Assembly (NCBI GenBank): GCA_965645245.1
Contig: OZ287067.1
Coordinates: 3,596,001 to 3,660,000 of the forward strand
From: Massalongia carnosa
Taxonomy: Eukaryota
Direction of reading: 5' to 3'
DNA: 64,000 bases
Shown: one piece after another, positions 33,887 through 46,409 of the stretch
How the letters are laid out: the number at the start of each line of letters is the position of its first letter
Position numbering within the stretch: the first letter of the stretch is position 1
Notes under the pieces: generated by a model
Told to the model about the DNA's origin: nothing
Database searches by the model: none
The model's input: the letters and a program-made list of their open reading frames with translations, nothing else
Made by a program: the position numbers and the translations under genes

Positions 33887-36800
33887 ATGGCTTTGGTGCT
33901 CGCTGGCGCAGCGCCGCTGAAGCCTGAAATCAATCTTGCGCAAGCATTACATGACTACGAGACGATCCTTTCTGATGAAGACAGGAGCCAACTCCACTCT
34001 CAAGGATTGCCAGATGCTACAGCTGCTATCAATCTCACGTCTCTCATTGATAGAAAATGCAGCAGCCGCCGTAGTCAATGTATGGGTCCAAGGCTGATTA
34101 CATTCCTTGAATCAATTCAGCAATTCTCTCAGGTAGTTGATGTATTTATCAGCTCTAATCCTCACGTCGCGGCATTGGTGTGGGGAGGGGTGAAACTGGC
34201 TTTACTCGTAATACCTCTCCCCGGCTCAAGTATTAGATTTGACACTTGCAGGCTGCGAACAATGTTTCGTCTTACTTTGATCAGTTGTCAATCCTACTCA
34301 TGAATATAGGAAGGCAATGCCCTCGAATTCATGGATTTAGATCCTTGTATCCTTCAATAGGACTACAGAAAGCGCTCTATGACTATTACGCTGCCATTAT
34401 ACGGCTTTGTAAGCACGTAACGCTGTCTCTTCGAAAGCCAGGTACATACGCTTTCTGTTCTTCTTCGCAACTCCCTTGTCTATCTTTGACGCAGTCCAAG
34501 AATTGACGTGTTTCCAGTATATACACAGTTGGCAAAGGCACTGCTGGTCTCCTTCAAGGCGGAGTTCGGACCGTATGAAGGGGAAATTGCAAGATTATCT
34601 CAAGAAGTTCGAGAGGAAGCATCTCTGGCATCGAAGCAAGCTCAAAAGCAGGAAAACGAGCTCCAAGCTAAAGAACGTTCGGATGCTAGGAGGTATCGGG
34701 AAATCGTGGACAAATTCAGGAATGATTATCACAAAAGTAAGGAAGAGGAAAGACATTTGCGTTTGGAGATCGACCGCCGTAAATTAGAAGAAAAGAGATT
34801 GGAAGCTTTGAACGGTCTTTCGACTTATGACTATCAGAAGACGTACAGGCAGATTCGTAAAGAGTGCGTACCTGATACATCAATGTGGATATGTGAGAGC
34901 CCAGAATTTCATGCATGGATATCTGGAACTCTGAAAACACTTAGGTTTACTGGCAGGTGTAAGTGTATAATTACTCCTAGTGCCCAGCAATGCTTATGTG
35001 AAAATCAGTAGGATCGGGTAAATCGGTCACAAGGTTCAGTCCCTTGTTAGCTTTCACGATGAAGTTTTACTAATGAAGTCCAAGCGCTTGTGTGGCTGCA
35101 CATTTAATGGAGAAAGTATCGCCGAAAGATGTTACTGCCTTTTTTTTCTGTCGCTTCGATGAAACGGATTCTCTAAAAGCAAAGACAATCATTGGAAGTG
35201 TTGCCAGGCAATTAATGTGTGATTTGCCTGCAAAAGCGTTCCGCGCATTCAATCAGAAAAATATCGATGAAACAAGCATCATTAGCGCTCTTGAAGCTAT
35301 GTTGAGCCATACTCGCCAATACTTCATAGTGCTGGATGGCTTGGACGAATGTGAAGAAGCACAAGTCAAGGAGGTTGCTGAGATCTTCCACGGGCTTTTG
35401 CTTTCCCCCCATTTGCGTATAAACTTATTTTGGTCTAGTCGTCCAAACGTACTGAGTTGGCTGCCAGGAAGATTCCTGACCCTGCAGCATATCGATTTAG
35501 AATCCGTTGAGAATCAAAGCAGAGTCGCTCACGATATTCGTACATTCATCCGCGTCACACTCGAGGCGTGGCTAGAAGGCGAGACACCGGAACTGCAAAT
35601 CAATGATCCAACCCTGATAATAACGATTCGAGACTGTCTTGAAAAGGAAGCTCAGGGAATGTATGATATCCTTATGTCCTAAATAACAGTGTAGAGCTTA
35701 CCTCAAAAGGTTCTTATGGGTCAAATTTCAACTCCAAGAGTTGCGTGAGAAAAAATCGGATAGTCTGATAGTTGCTGCGTTGAGAAATCTTCCACGCGAT
35801 CTTCCGGAGACGTTTAAAAGAATTCTCTCCAAATATACCGAAGCTGACGACATTGATATTGGAAGGCAAATATTTCGCTGGGTCACTGTAGCGAAACGTC
35901 CTCTTATGGTCGAAGAACTTCGGGAAGCCATAGGGACCATACCACTACAAGAGGCATGGAATGATAATATATATATCAACAACATGAATAAAGCGGTGGC
36001 ATGTTGCGGTAATCTCGTCTTCATAGAAGAGGAACAGCAAACGGTACACTTTACGCATGGTAGCGTCAAACAGTATTTGCTTTCAAGAGCCGTCCAGGAT
36101 TCGCTGAGCAAATATCACATCGATATAAAAAAAGCCGATGAAGTTGCAGGTGCTATCTGTGTCACATATCTCAATTTCCCCGTGTTCAATAGGCAAATAA
36201 CGCATAATACCGGCAAAAGCATCACCACTAGCGGTATCACGTCAATGATCATAAAGAATAGCCTATCGTTTGGAAAATTCTCGAATAAAATTGCTCTTGA
36301 GTTACTGAGACGAGATGATAAGTCTGGCAAGTCAGTTCATCGTCTATTGGAGGAAGTAGCCGGTGATACCGAAGCTTGCCGCCAGGATATAATTCTCGGA
36401 CCTTACTCCTTTCGACCATACGCAAACCAATTCTGGCTTGAACACACTAAGCATGGAATGAGTCCTGGTTCTGGGAAGCTGTGGGGACTCTGGTCCAATT
36501 TGATAAGGGAAGCTAGTTGGCGTGACACTCTATCTAGCATGCCATGGACATTGGAGGACTGGAAGAAGCGCACTACTAAAGTCATACAATGGGTAGTAGA
36601 ACAGAACCACTGTTCGTTAGCTTGGCTGATCATAGGCCCTGACGTAAGGATTACACAACAGAATCTTCTAAATCTCGTCAAAGGCGCTGCAAAGAGAGGA
36701 CATGCACATTTGATAGAGATTAGTCTGGGCTCAGAATGTATTTCGCAATACATTCTAGATTCAGGATTACAATCAGCAGCTGGGGGTGGTCATTTAGATG

Positions 36801-38632
36801 TGGTGGAGAGGTTGCTTCAAGCGAAGGCTGACGTTAATGCTGCTGCTGCTGCTTTATCCGGTGGCAGGACTGCACTTCAAGCAGCAGCTGGAGGTGGTCA
36901 TTTAGATGTGGTGGAGAGGTTGCTTCAAGCGAAGGCTGACGTTAATGCTGCTGCTGCTGCTTTATCCGGTGGCAGGACTGCACTTCAAGCAGCAGCTGAA
37001 GGTGGTCATTTAGATGTGGTGGAGAGGTTGCTTCAAGCGAAGGCTGACGTTAATGCTGCTGCTGCTGCTTTATCCGGTGGCAGGACTGCACTTCAAGCAG
37101 CAGCTGGAAGTGGTCATTTAGATGTGGTGGAGAGGTTGCTTCAAGCGAAGGCTGACGTTAATGCTGCTGCTGCTAAAGCCAATGACAGGACTGCACTTCA
37201 AGCAGCAGCTGGAGGTGGTCATTTAGATGTGGTGGAGAGGTTGCTTCAAGCGAAGGCTGACGTTAATGCTGCTACTGCTGAATACTTTGGCAGAACTGCA
37301 CTTCAAGCAGCAGCTGAAGGTGGCCATCTAGATGTGGTGGAGAGGTTGCTTCAAGCGAAGGCTGACGTTAATGCTGCTGCACCTGAATACTATGGCAGAA
37401 CTGCAATTCAAGCAGCAGCTGAAGGTGGTCATTTAGATGTGGTGGAGAAGTTGCTTCAAGCGAAGGCTGACGTTAATGCTGCTGCTTCATACGATGGTAG
37501 GACTGCACTTCAAGCAGCAGCTGGAGGTGGTCATTTAGATGTGGTGGAGAGGTTGCTTCAAGCGAAGGCTGACGTTAATGCTGCTACTGCTGAATACTTT
37601 GGCAGGACTGCACTTCAAGCAGCAGCTGGAGGTGGTCATTTAGATGTGGTGGAGAGGTTGCTTCAAGCGAAGGCTGACGTTAATGCTGCTGCTGCTGCTG
37701 AATACGGTGGCAGGACTGCACTTCAAGCAGCAGCTGGAGGTGGTCATTTAGATGTGGTGGAGAGGTTGCTTCAAGCGAAGGCTGACGTTAATGCTGCTGC
37801 TGCTTTATCCGGTGGCAGGACTGCACTTCAAGCAGCAGCTGGAGGTGGTCATTTAGATGTGGTGGAGAGGTTGCTTCAAGCGAAGGCTGACGTTAATGCT
37901 GCTGCTGCTAAAGCCAATGGCAGGACTGCACTTCAAGCAGCAGCTGGAGGTGGTCATTTAGATGTGGTGGAGAGGTTGCTTCAAGCGAAGGCTGACGTTA
38001 ATGCTGCTACTGCTGAATACTTTGGCAGAACTGCACTTCAAGCAGCAGCTGGAGGTGGTCATTTAGATGTGGTGGAGAGGTTGCTTCAAGCGAAGGCTGA
38101 CGTTAATGCTGCTGCTGCTGCTTTATCTGGTGGCAGGACTGCACTTCAAGCAGCAGCTGAAGGTGGTCATTTAGATGTGGTGGAGAAGTTGCTTCAAGCG
38201 AAGGCTGACGTTAATGCTGCTGCTGCTGCTTTATCCGGTGGCAGGACTGCACTTCAAGCAGCAGCTGGAGGTGGTCATTTAGATGTGGTGGAGAGGTTGC
38301 TTCAAGCGAAGGCTGACGTTAATGCTGCTGCTAAAGCCAATGGCAGGGCTGCACTTCAAGCAGCAGCTGGAGGTGGTCATTTAGATGTGGTGGAGAGGTT
38401 GCTTCAAGCGAAGGCTGACGTTAATGCTGCTGCTGCTTCATCCGGTGGCAGGACTGCACTTCAAGCAGCAGCTGAAGATGGTCATTTAGATGTGGTGGAG
38501 AGATTGCTTCAAGCGAAGGCTGACGTTAATGCTGCTGCTGCTCTTAAGCATGGCCGGACTGCACTTCAAGCAGCAGCTCGAGGTGGTCATTTAAAAGTGG
38601 TAGAGAGACTGCGTGCTGCAGGTGCGAAATAG
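33887..38632 (+). CDS. NACHT-ankyrin NLR with helical N-terminal domain (Goodbye-like), apparently intact
   Basis: Five introns (~34208-34250, 34442-34517, 34959-35008, 35033-35084, 35661-35709) join the ORFs in frame. Walker A GRLGSGKS, AFFFCRFD, Walker B IVLDGLDEC, MFLWV, LPRDLPETF, HGSVKQYL, then 18 ANK repeats. Confidence 0.9.
36764..38632 (+). repeat. 18 tandem ~99-105-bp ankyrin-coding repeats of very high identity
   Basis: Recurrent GGTGGTCATTTAGATGTGGTGGAGAGGTTGCTTCAAGCGAAGGCTGACGTTAATGCT(GCT)n. Confidence 0.97.
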
Positions 38633-39038
38633 TTGCTTTAACCAAAGGCATCACTTTTCAAGAGCTTCCTCTCCATAAGTCCGTGGTCTGACTGTCTCGA
38701 AGTTTCATCGATCAGAGTATTTCATTCATTGATTACGATCCGTAGTATCGATCGTACATGCCAATCTTCCTATCGTTCCCCCTTCTCCAGAGGCGAATAA
38801 CAGCATCACCTTCTTAGCATCCTTTAAGCTAGTCTCTTGTTTACCTTTTGCTCCTCATGTATTATAGGTTGCTATACTTTAAGCTCTTGCCGTCTGATTC
38901 ATCTTCTTGTCAGATCCTCCTGTGTAGATGACTTGATGTCGCTGCTTTAGTTGCTATACTAATGATGCTAGTCATTTTGATATTGGAGGAAAGCAGGAGG
39001 GAGAGTCGAGCTGCTAAATGCCGTGAAGATGGTTTTTA

Positions 39039-39162
39039 TATCAAAAGGCAGTATAGTAATGTATAGTCAATAGAAAATAGAACGTTTTGCTTTTGTTCTA
39101 TATAGTGGGAATAGCTAGATATATAGATAATATACGGTATGCTAATATTAGACTAGCGATAC
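39039..39162. repeat. Partial copy of the Copia LTR at 22129-22338
   Basis: TATCAAAAGGCAGTATAGTAAT...GACTAGCGATAC matches 22132-22254. Confidence 0.8.
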
Positions 39163-40384
39163 TCGAAGATTTGAGTATCAATTTGAATATACCGGTCGTA
39201 TTGGTAGGAAGAAAGATGGTGAAATAAAACATGGAGAGGGCGAAGTGTTGTCATCTTCTAAGCAATAACTTCAATAACTTCAATGTCATTTACTTCTGCT
39301 ATCTAGACTGAAACCCTTCATTCTTATCATATTCATATGTTCAATTTTCATCTATCCTCATCTCATGTAACCATAATAGTAAGATGTTGATCATCATCTT
39401 CAGCAAAGCAATATTATGTGAAACACTAGTTTTCGGCAAGACAGCGCGCTCAAGTCTGTTCTGAGCGACAATAGTAATGACAGATGATGAAGTTGGAAAG
39501 TGTCATTGAGTGTAACCTGTAGAACGGATAAAATATGACCAGGATTTCGTTAGCCCTAATCACGACGTTTCAGTGTCTTCGAGTCTCTTCCGTTTTGCAG
39601 TAATGCTGAAGCCGCGAAACGGGCATCGTTCACTCAGGCCTTCTTCTATTGAATCAAGTATTGCTTTCAGGACCTTTCAAGCAACTGCATTATATCTCTT
39701 TCTCGCACAATCTTTCATTGCCAACACTGCTGCTCTTAGACAACTGCCGTCGGAATGGGCGGATACCACTTTGACCTCCGGTTGGCGCCGTCAATCGCAT
39801 TATCAGGGTTTTGCTCTCTCTTACGGCCGGTCGAAAGGATAGACGAAGAGCCGGGTGGACGGTTTGAGGTGCAAGATGATTTAGCAGGCGCGTATCCGCT
39901 GATGTCTGACTCAGCCCCCGTTTAATCTGAGGAAAGTGGTAAGAAAACGTGACGATCTTTAACATGGCGTTTCAAAAAAAGCTTCTTCGTAACCTCAGAT
40001 CGACGTCTTTTCTCTGTGGGACACAGCTTAGCGTTCTTTTTGTTGTTATTCCTTTGAAGCATTTCCTCTTTGCCGTCTACTTCCGTCAATTTGTCATTCC
40101 ACTGAGCGCTTCTGTCCAAGGGTATTGAGGGATTACTCTCGCTATTATAGCAAGCTTCGTTGTTTGACTGGTACTGTCGCTTGCAAAAGGGTCTGCGCGG
40201 ACCCTGAAATGGCCACGACACCTCAAAATTTAGCGAAAATAACGACCAACCAGCCAAACTTCTCTCACCGTCTATGTGATAACTATGCATTACTACCTGT
40301 TCTAGTACTGAAATTCGTAGCTGTAGAATATAGTCACTGCCATCCCCAGCTCCTCCGCCCTTGCCCGCTCCATTTTTCGTCAAG

Positions 40385-41424
40385 ATGCCTCGCCCCCTCA
40401 GTCCCGCCATGAGGGAGACAATTACCCTCAGATTTGTAAGAAATAACGATAACAAAAGAATAGCAGCTGTCACCGGAGTCAGTCTTCGGCAGGTTCAATT
40501 GATGAGGTCCAATTGGACGAATTTTGGAAACGTCGTCGCTCCACAAATAACTCTTGGTCATCGACCTAGAAAGTTGAGTCAGTATCATGAATTGCAACTG
40601 TTGGAATTCCTGGAGCAACGCCCCCATGCCTACCTGGATGAAATGTGCTGGTTTTTCTGGGATGAATTTCAGATTTCCGTCGACGAATCCACTGTCAGTC
40701 GTGCCCTCAGACGACTTGGTTGGAATCGAAAGAAGGTGAGACGTCAGGCAGCTCAACGGAATCAAACTCTACGCGACGGTTGGATGCAACGACTAGGAGG
40801 TTGGACTGCCGAGCAATTGGTCTTCCTAGACGAAAGTGCCGCGTGTGAAAGAACCGGTATTTATCTTCCAATCTTCTTCTCATCTTTCTTCTCATCTCAT
40901 ATATAGGTGATCGTCGATACGGCTGGGCACCGGCCGGTGTTCCTGCGACCATGGTTCAGGATTTGAGAAGGTCAAAGAGATGGAGCATTCTTCCTGCATT
41001 TACGGTCGATGGATATATAGCTTGGGAGGTGCATCAGGGCTCCATAACTGCATTGATCTTCAATGATTTTGTTCTAAATCACGTCCTTCCTCATTGCACT
41101 GCCGACGGAGGTCCTAGATCTGTTTTAGTGTTAGATAATGCTCGAATTCATTGGAATGACGATCTCATTCAGATGTGTGAGGCTGCCAACGTCACCTTGG
41201 CAAGACTACCTCCTTATTCTCCGGATTTCAATCCAATTGAGACGTCGTTTGCATTGCTGAAAGCATGGATTCGTCGAAATGGAGAGATGAGTCTCTCATA
41301 TATAGAGGTGTATGGAGGGTTCGGACAATTTCTTCGGGATGCAGTCAAAGAAAGAAGTCGAATCGGAGACCCGGGAAATTTATTTAGAATGGCCGGTATT
41401 CAGTATCCCACTATTCAGATCTAG
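40385..41424 (+). CDS. DD34E transposase (one intron, 40857-40906)
   Basis: FLDES, TGDRRYGWAP after splicing, VLDNARIH and PPYSPDFNPIE, with 34 residues between D and E. Confidence 0.9.
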
Positions 41425-41475
41425 ATCTAGATTGCTGTCTGCAGACATCTTGTCTGTCTCATTTCGAAATCTAAT

Positions 41476-43534
41476 CTAATATTCTTCTTCGGCATAGTCG
41501 TATTCTAGATTATACGTATTTTCCAACTCATCCTCCTCAATGGCATCTTCCATTCTCGGATCAACCCTTTTTATCTCCCCTAGTGTCTCATCCACCTCTT
41601 CCTCATCCACCTCTTTTATGACCTGAGTATTGGCCTGAGTGGTCATTTGCGAAGTTGGCAGGTAACGTGGACGTCGAGACATTTGCCGAGACGGGGGCGG
41701 AGGCATTCGCCGAGAGGAAGGCGGAGGCATTTGCATCTGCATCTGTCTTCCAAATTTGCTGACATCTCGTGCCAGCTGAATTCCGATACCGGGAGGAATA
41801 CTCAGCTTCGACCAGAAGGACTGATGCTCAATACCCTTTAATGTCTGGATAGTCATTAAATCGTACCCACCTTCCATCAGTCGATCGTACGCATGCCTTA
41901 GTACGCCTTTCAGATGAGGTTTGGATTGGATATGCCAATTGACATAGTCTTCCAAATCTTCCTCCACTGGACTGCTCGGAGCGGCGGGAGGGGCGACGAC
42001 GGAGGGGGCATAACTTCCTTGACGATCTCTTCGATCCACAGGCGTTTCGTCTCGATGACGTCCGAAGTCGGAAGCTTGAGAAGGAGAATAAGAAGGAAAC
42101 TGGGACGAATGAAGCTGGGGAAGTGGTGAAGAAGGAATAAATGCCGAGGGGTTGGCAAATGCTGAAGGGTTGACAAACGTCGAGGGGGGGGCAAATGCCC
42201 AGGGGGGGAAGGATTGATACGCGGGATGCTGATAGATGGGATGCAAATGTCTGGTCGAATCTTCCTGACTTTCCTGTTTCGGAGTCGATGATGCAGTCTT
42301 CCTTTTACCTTTTTGCGAATACATACTTTCCCTGATAGTCGATGGAGGCATCTGAGAAGTGACTCCCGAAACGTCATCATCCAATGCCTTATTCCAAGCC
42401 ACGAACTGATGACTGCTGATAATGTAATGTTGATCTCTTTCTTCATCGTTCCAACAGTATCGGCCGAAATTCTCACATGTCTTCTTCTTACAGACATGCA
42501 GAGATTGTAGAGCCGTCATTCTTTCAACTGTCTGACCATGAAGAATGGCCCTCTCCTCCAACTCCTTCTGCAATTTCAAGGTGGCCGTTCCCAACTTTTT
42601 GGAAACGGCAGCAGTCGGATCTTCTGGAATTTTACCGCTTTTGGTCCGAGCGAATTGATAGATTAGATCGACGGCCAAACTTTTTGCTCCATTCTCATAT
42701 CGGAAAATCAAGACTTCTTCAATTGGAAGCCAAGACTCTTCCAACATCAGAGACATACGTTCTTGAGGTTTGATGCCATTCCATGCAACAGTGGCTTTGA
42801 CATTGACTAGTCGACAAGCAAAAGTTTTGTCATCTGCATGACGTTGAGCCTTTAAACTCATCTCATTGAGATGAGGTCTGAAAAAGAATCTCTTTTCGAA
42901 TTCCGATTCCGAGTTAACTTTTCGAGTACTGGACATCTGATGAACGACATCCTTTTCAAACATCACCGTCACATTCAGCAGGTAGGTGATGACAATGGGC
43001 GAGTCTGACGAGGGCGTCTTCTTGGTCTTGGTACGTGGATTTGACTTTGGCTTTCTAGTAGTGGCATTTTTGACAATCTTCTTTGCAGCAGAAACGAAAA
43101 CATTCTCCTCAGCACTCTCGACTTCTTCCTCAACATTCCCCTCGGCAATCTCCTCGACATTCCCCTCGACACTTTCTACATCTACGTCATTCTCCGAGTC
43201 AATTGTATCATCTTCGTCATCCGGGACCATTAGGGATGCATAATAATTCGAGCCGGGAGGCGGCCTGGGCTTGATAATGGGAGGGGGCTTTGCTTTGGGG
43301 AGGCTTTGCTTTGGGAGGCTTTGCTTGGGGGGAGGGCTTTGTCTTGGGAACGATCTTTTGCCTGCGAGATGCCTTCGGAGCTGAGGTTGGCGTCGATATG
43401 GGATCATCGTCGTCGACAGCATCTTTGCCCTTCGGCCCCGCCAAGGTCAGTTTTATCTTTGCCTTTACAGGCTCTGTCGAGGCATTTGGAGGCCCGGTAT
43501 TCGCTCGTTTTGAGCGAGGACCTCTTAGTTTCAT
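41476..43534 (-). CDS. Second, non-transposase gene of the element (~685 aa; Cys/His motif, possible SAM-like C-terminal fold); 1-bp frameshift near 43298
   Basis: ATG 43534 just inside the right TIR. The PKAKP-repeat N-terminus joins the 648-aa ORF. Contains HVCKKKTCENFGRYCW..HY and LMEGGYDL...WSKLSIPPGIG. Confidence 0.7.
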
Positions 43535-44784
43535 GTCGAAGAATGGGGGGGAGAATTTGACGAAAAATAGAGAGGGCAAGGGCGAAGGAGCTGGGGATGG
43601 CAGTGACTATATTCTACAGCTACGAATTTCAGTACTAGAGCAGGTGACAATGCATAGTTATCACATAGACGGTGAGGGAAGTTTGGCTGGTTGGTCGTTA
43701 TTTTCGCTAAATTTTGAGGTGTCGTGGCCATTTCAGGGTCCGCGCAGACCCTTTTGCAAGCGACAGTAAATTGACTCGCAGGCTGTGAACGAGCGGTAGG
43801 AATCGCGATGTGAAGGAGTGGTACACGGCGTCAGGAATTCATTCTTTCGATATAGGATGGATCTTTTGAAAAAAGATGACCTATCAGTATTGATTCGTCG
43901 AATGGGGGTGCGGATCTTACCCAGCTTTTAAACCAGCCGGGGAAGTCGGTGGAGCGAGATGCCTAGGGACATTCCCCGACCGTCCTCCCCCTGGTGTAAA
44001 TATTTACTAGTAAACAGCCATTTTACTACTTATCCAGGGCGCGTACAAGCTAGCAGTTACACTGGGTATTAATAATGTTGCTGTCTTTTTCGCACTTTTT
44101 AGCTAGCACTAGAAATTGCATTCATTACCCATACAAGCCCTCAATAGTCATTGTGATCACGTAGAATTGCTCCCCGACTCTGTAGCTATCTTGGCCGAAA
44201 GTTATATCGTCCCTTCTGTTGTGGCTGCATTGGGGCAACCATGGGGAGCTCTTTAGTCATGCCAACGACGCCCCCCCCGATTCACTAGACGAGCATCGTC
44301 ACTTCCTCACCAATGTGCTTAATAACTTAACTAACTGCGAGGCATATCAGAAGCAAAGACCTACGAAGGTTCAGTCTTACACCCTGTTTACTCTCCAGTA
44401 TGCTCAGCCTACTGGAGAAGATGCGCAACCAGCCCACGATGGATCAGCTCCAAGCTACCATCAACCAAATAAAGAACACTACAGAGCAAACGCTCACTAA
44501 ACTCACCTATGTCGAGCGCAAGCAAGACACGGCCCGCACAACACCCACTACCTCCTCCGCGGCCACTACTGGCTACAAGAGGACGATGACCTGGGCAGAA
44601 CGGGCAGCCTTTGCTGCCTCGGCCCCAACGATCTCTACGCTTTCGGGGACGTCCATCCCTGCTCTTATACTAGAAGAGAAAGCTCGTGAAATCGTCGTCA
44701 AACTGAACAACGAAGCCATAGCAAAGGATCTGGCCAAACTGGCCTCCTCAGCGCTCAAAGACAGAATCAACGCGGCAATATCTA

Positions 44785-46409
44785 ACGCGTCACGCCCTTG
44801 AAAAAAAAACTGGCAACGTGTAAGCGAGCTTACCCCACTAAATTTTACCCCTTTTTATCAACATTTCACCTTTACATTGCGATAACCAGTCAATTGAAAG
44901 CTATTTACATCAAATTAATGACCAGTCATGGCCCCCTCAGCTGAGATGACGTCCTTTAGCCGCTGAGGCATTGATCGTACTCTCTCATTAATAAACTCCT
45001 GACTGACTGTCGCCCAGCCCTCACAAATCAATGCTTTAAGCTCGCTTCGTCCCAATGAGGACACTTTTTAATATGCTGCTTTGTGGGCTGCCAGCTGTTT
45101 TCAATAGGAGCCAAATCAGGTGAAGAAGAGCAGTTGAAATAATGCTCTAAACGATGATCCTCCTTCCATTTCTTGACTGCGTTTCTCGTCCTGCCTGTGC
45201 CATGCCCGGAATCACCATCTTCTTCGAGCACAAAATCATCCCCTCGCTCTAGCCACGGCTTGAAAACGGGCTCAAGTATTGAGTTAATGTATACTTGATG
45301 CGTCATCTTGCCATTGCTGTTGCCCGGCACTTCGTAGAATATAATATCCGACTTGAAGTTGTAGCCTACAGCCGCCCAACAATGTAGTCTCTTTCGATAT
45401 TTCTCCGCTGGCGCATCACGCTGTTGTATACAATCCCATCTATAGCGTGTGCCTGGCTGATGTATGATGCGTAATTTGCCCTCGGGCCCGTAGGAGAAAT
45501 GAACTTCGTCACTAAATCGTACTCGATACCAATCTTCTGGTTTAGGATATTTGGCCAGCATTATATGAGCGTATTCCACCCGTTTTTGCATAGGAGGGTC
45601 GGCCAGCCATCCTTTGACGCAGGCTAGACATTTCTCGTAATTCAATGCAGCACGTAGCACGTTATGCATTGTACGACCCACAACATCTGCTCCAACTTCC
45701 ATCGCAACTTGTTCCCATGTCAAGCGTTTTCCTTCGAGTTGTAGCTCATCTTCCTGAAGCAGCCGATCAGCCTCTCGTACTTGCTCGCCTGTGATTTTTG
45801 ACGTCTCCTCGCGATTCTATAAGCTCTGTATGATGACGAGTACGTGTCGAAGCTCCTTTGCGAATAATTCTGTAGCCAGCTCGTTCCGAAACGCCATACT
45901 TCTTGAAAAGATTTCGTGGATCATGTACGATGCCTTCATCAAGAAGATATTCATGAATTCCTTGAAGTTTAGCTCGAATGGGAGTATCGTAGTGAGTTGC
46001 ACGTTGCTTACGAGGCATGTTGGTGTGGATGGTTGATGAAAAGGGGGAATTTTAATGGGGTAAAGTCGTATCAAGCTGGTTATCGCTTAGATATGCGTAA
46101 GCTTTCCAGCTTATTTGTTAGGTAGGTTTTACGTTCTAAAGAGACTCGTTTTGGATTTGATAAATTGATCTGGTTTATTTAGGATGGTTGTTGATGATCG
46201 AAATCATCTCTAGCTAAATATCTATTTTATCTTATCCCATCACCTTTTGTGCGTACTCGGTAGCCAGCCATTCACTAGGTGCAACACTTGCTAACCGAGT
46301 GACACTTCTATTAGTGGTGATATTGGCAGGCCACCTACTAATTAGTGTGGTCTAATCGGTTAACAAGTCGCCTACACGTTGCCAGTTTTTTTTTCAGGGG
46401 CGTGCGCGT
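44785..46409 (-). mobile_element. Tc1/mariner-like element inserted in LINE ORF1 (degenerate transposase ~44920-46018)
   Basis: TIRs ACGCG..CCC.TGAAAAAAAAACTGGCAACGTGTA. RFSDEVH, LEEDGDSGHG and SPDLAPIEN. TA on the left, TG on the right. Confidence 0.85.
46069..46365. repeat. Solo LTR inside the TIR of the Tc1-like element
   Basis: TSD AGTCG at 46064-68 and 46366-70. Same family as 26954-27250. Confidence 0.88.

Larger units (their letters stand above)
40174..43766. mobile_element. IS630/Tc1-like DNA transposon with ~210-bp TIRs and two convergent genes
   Basis: TIRs start CTGTCGCTTGCAAAAGGGTCTGCGCGG (40174-~40384 and ~43556-43766). TA on both sides. Confidence 0.92.

Noticed and set aside
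36764..38632. CRISPR-like look of constant repeats with short variable segments (also the TPR and WD40 arrays)
   Set aside because: All are in-frame protein repeats in a eukaryotic gene, with no cas genes and no unique spacers.
22129..39162. Treating 39039-39162 as the 5' LTR of the Copia at 22129, so that the element captured the NACHT-ANK gene
   Set aside because: The copy is partial, with no adjacent PBS or gag start and no TSD. An intron-containing host gene inside is better explained by independent insertions.
39922..40473. 183-aa ORF sharing sequence with ORF 43290-43769
   Set aside because: Both are read-throughs of the 210-bp TIR, not paralogous genes.
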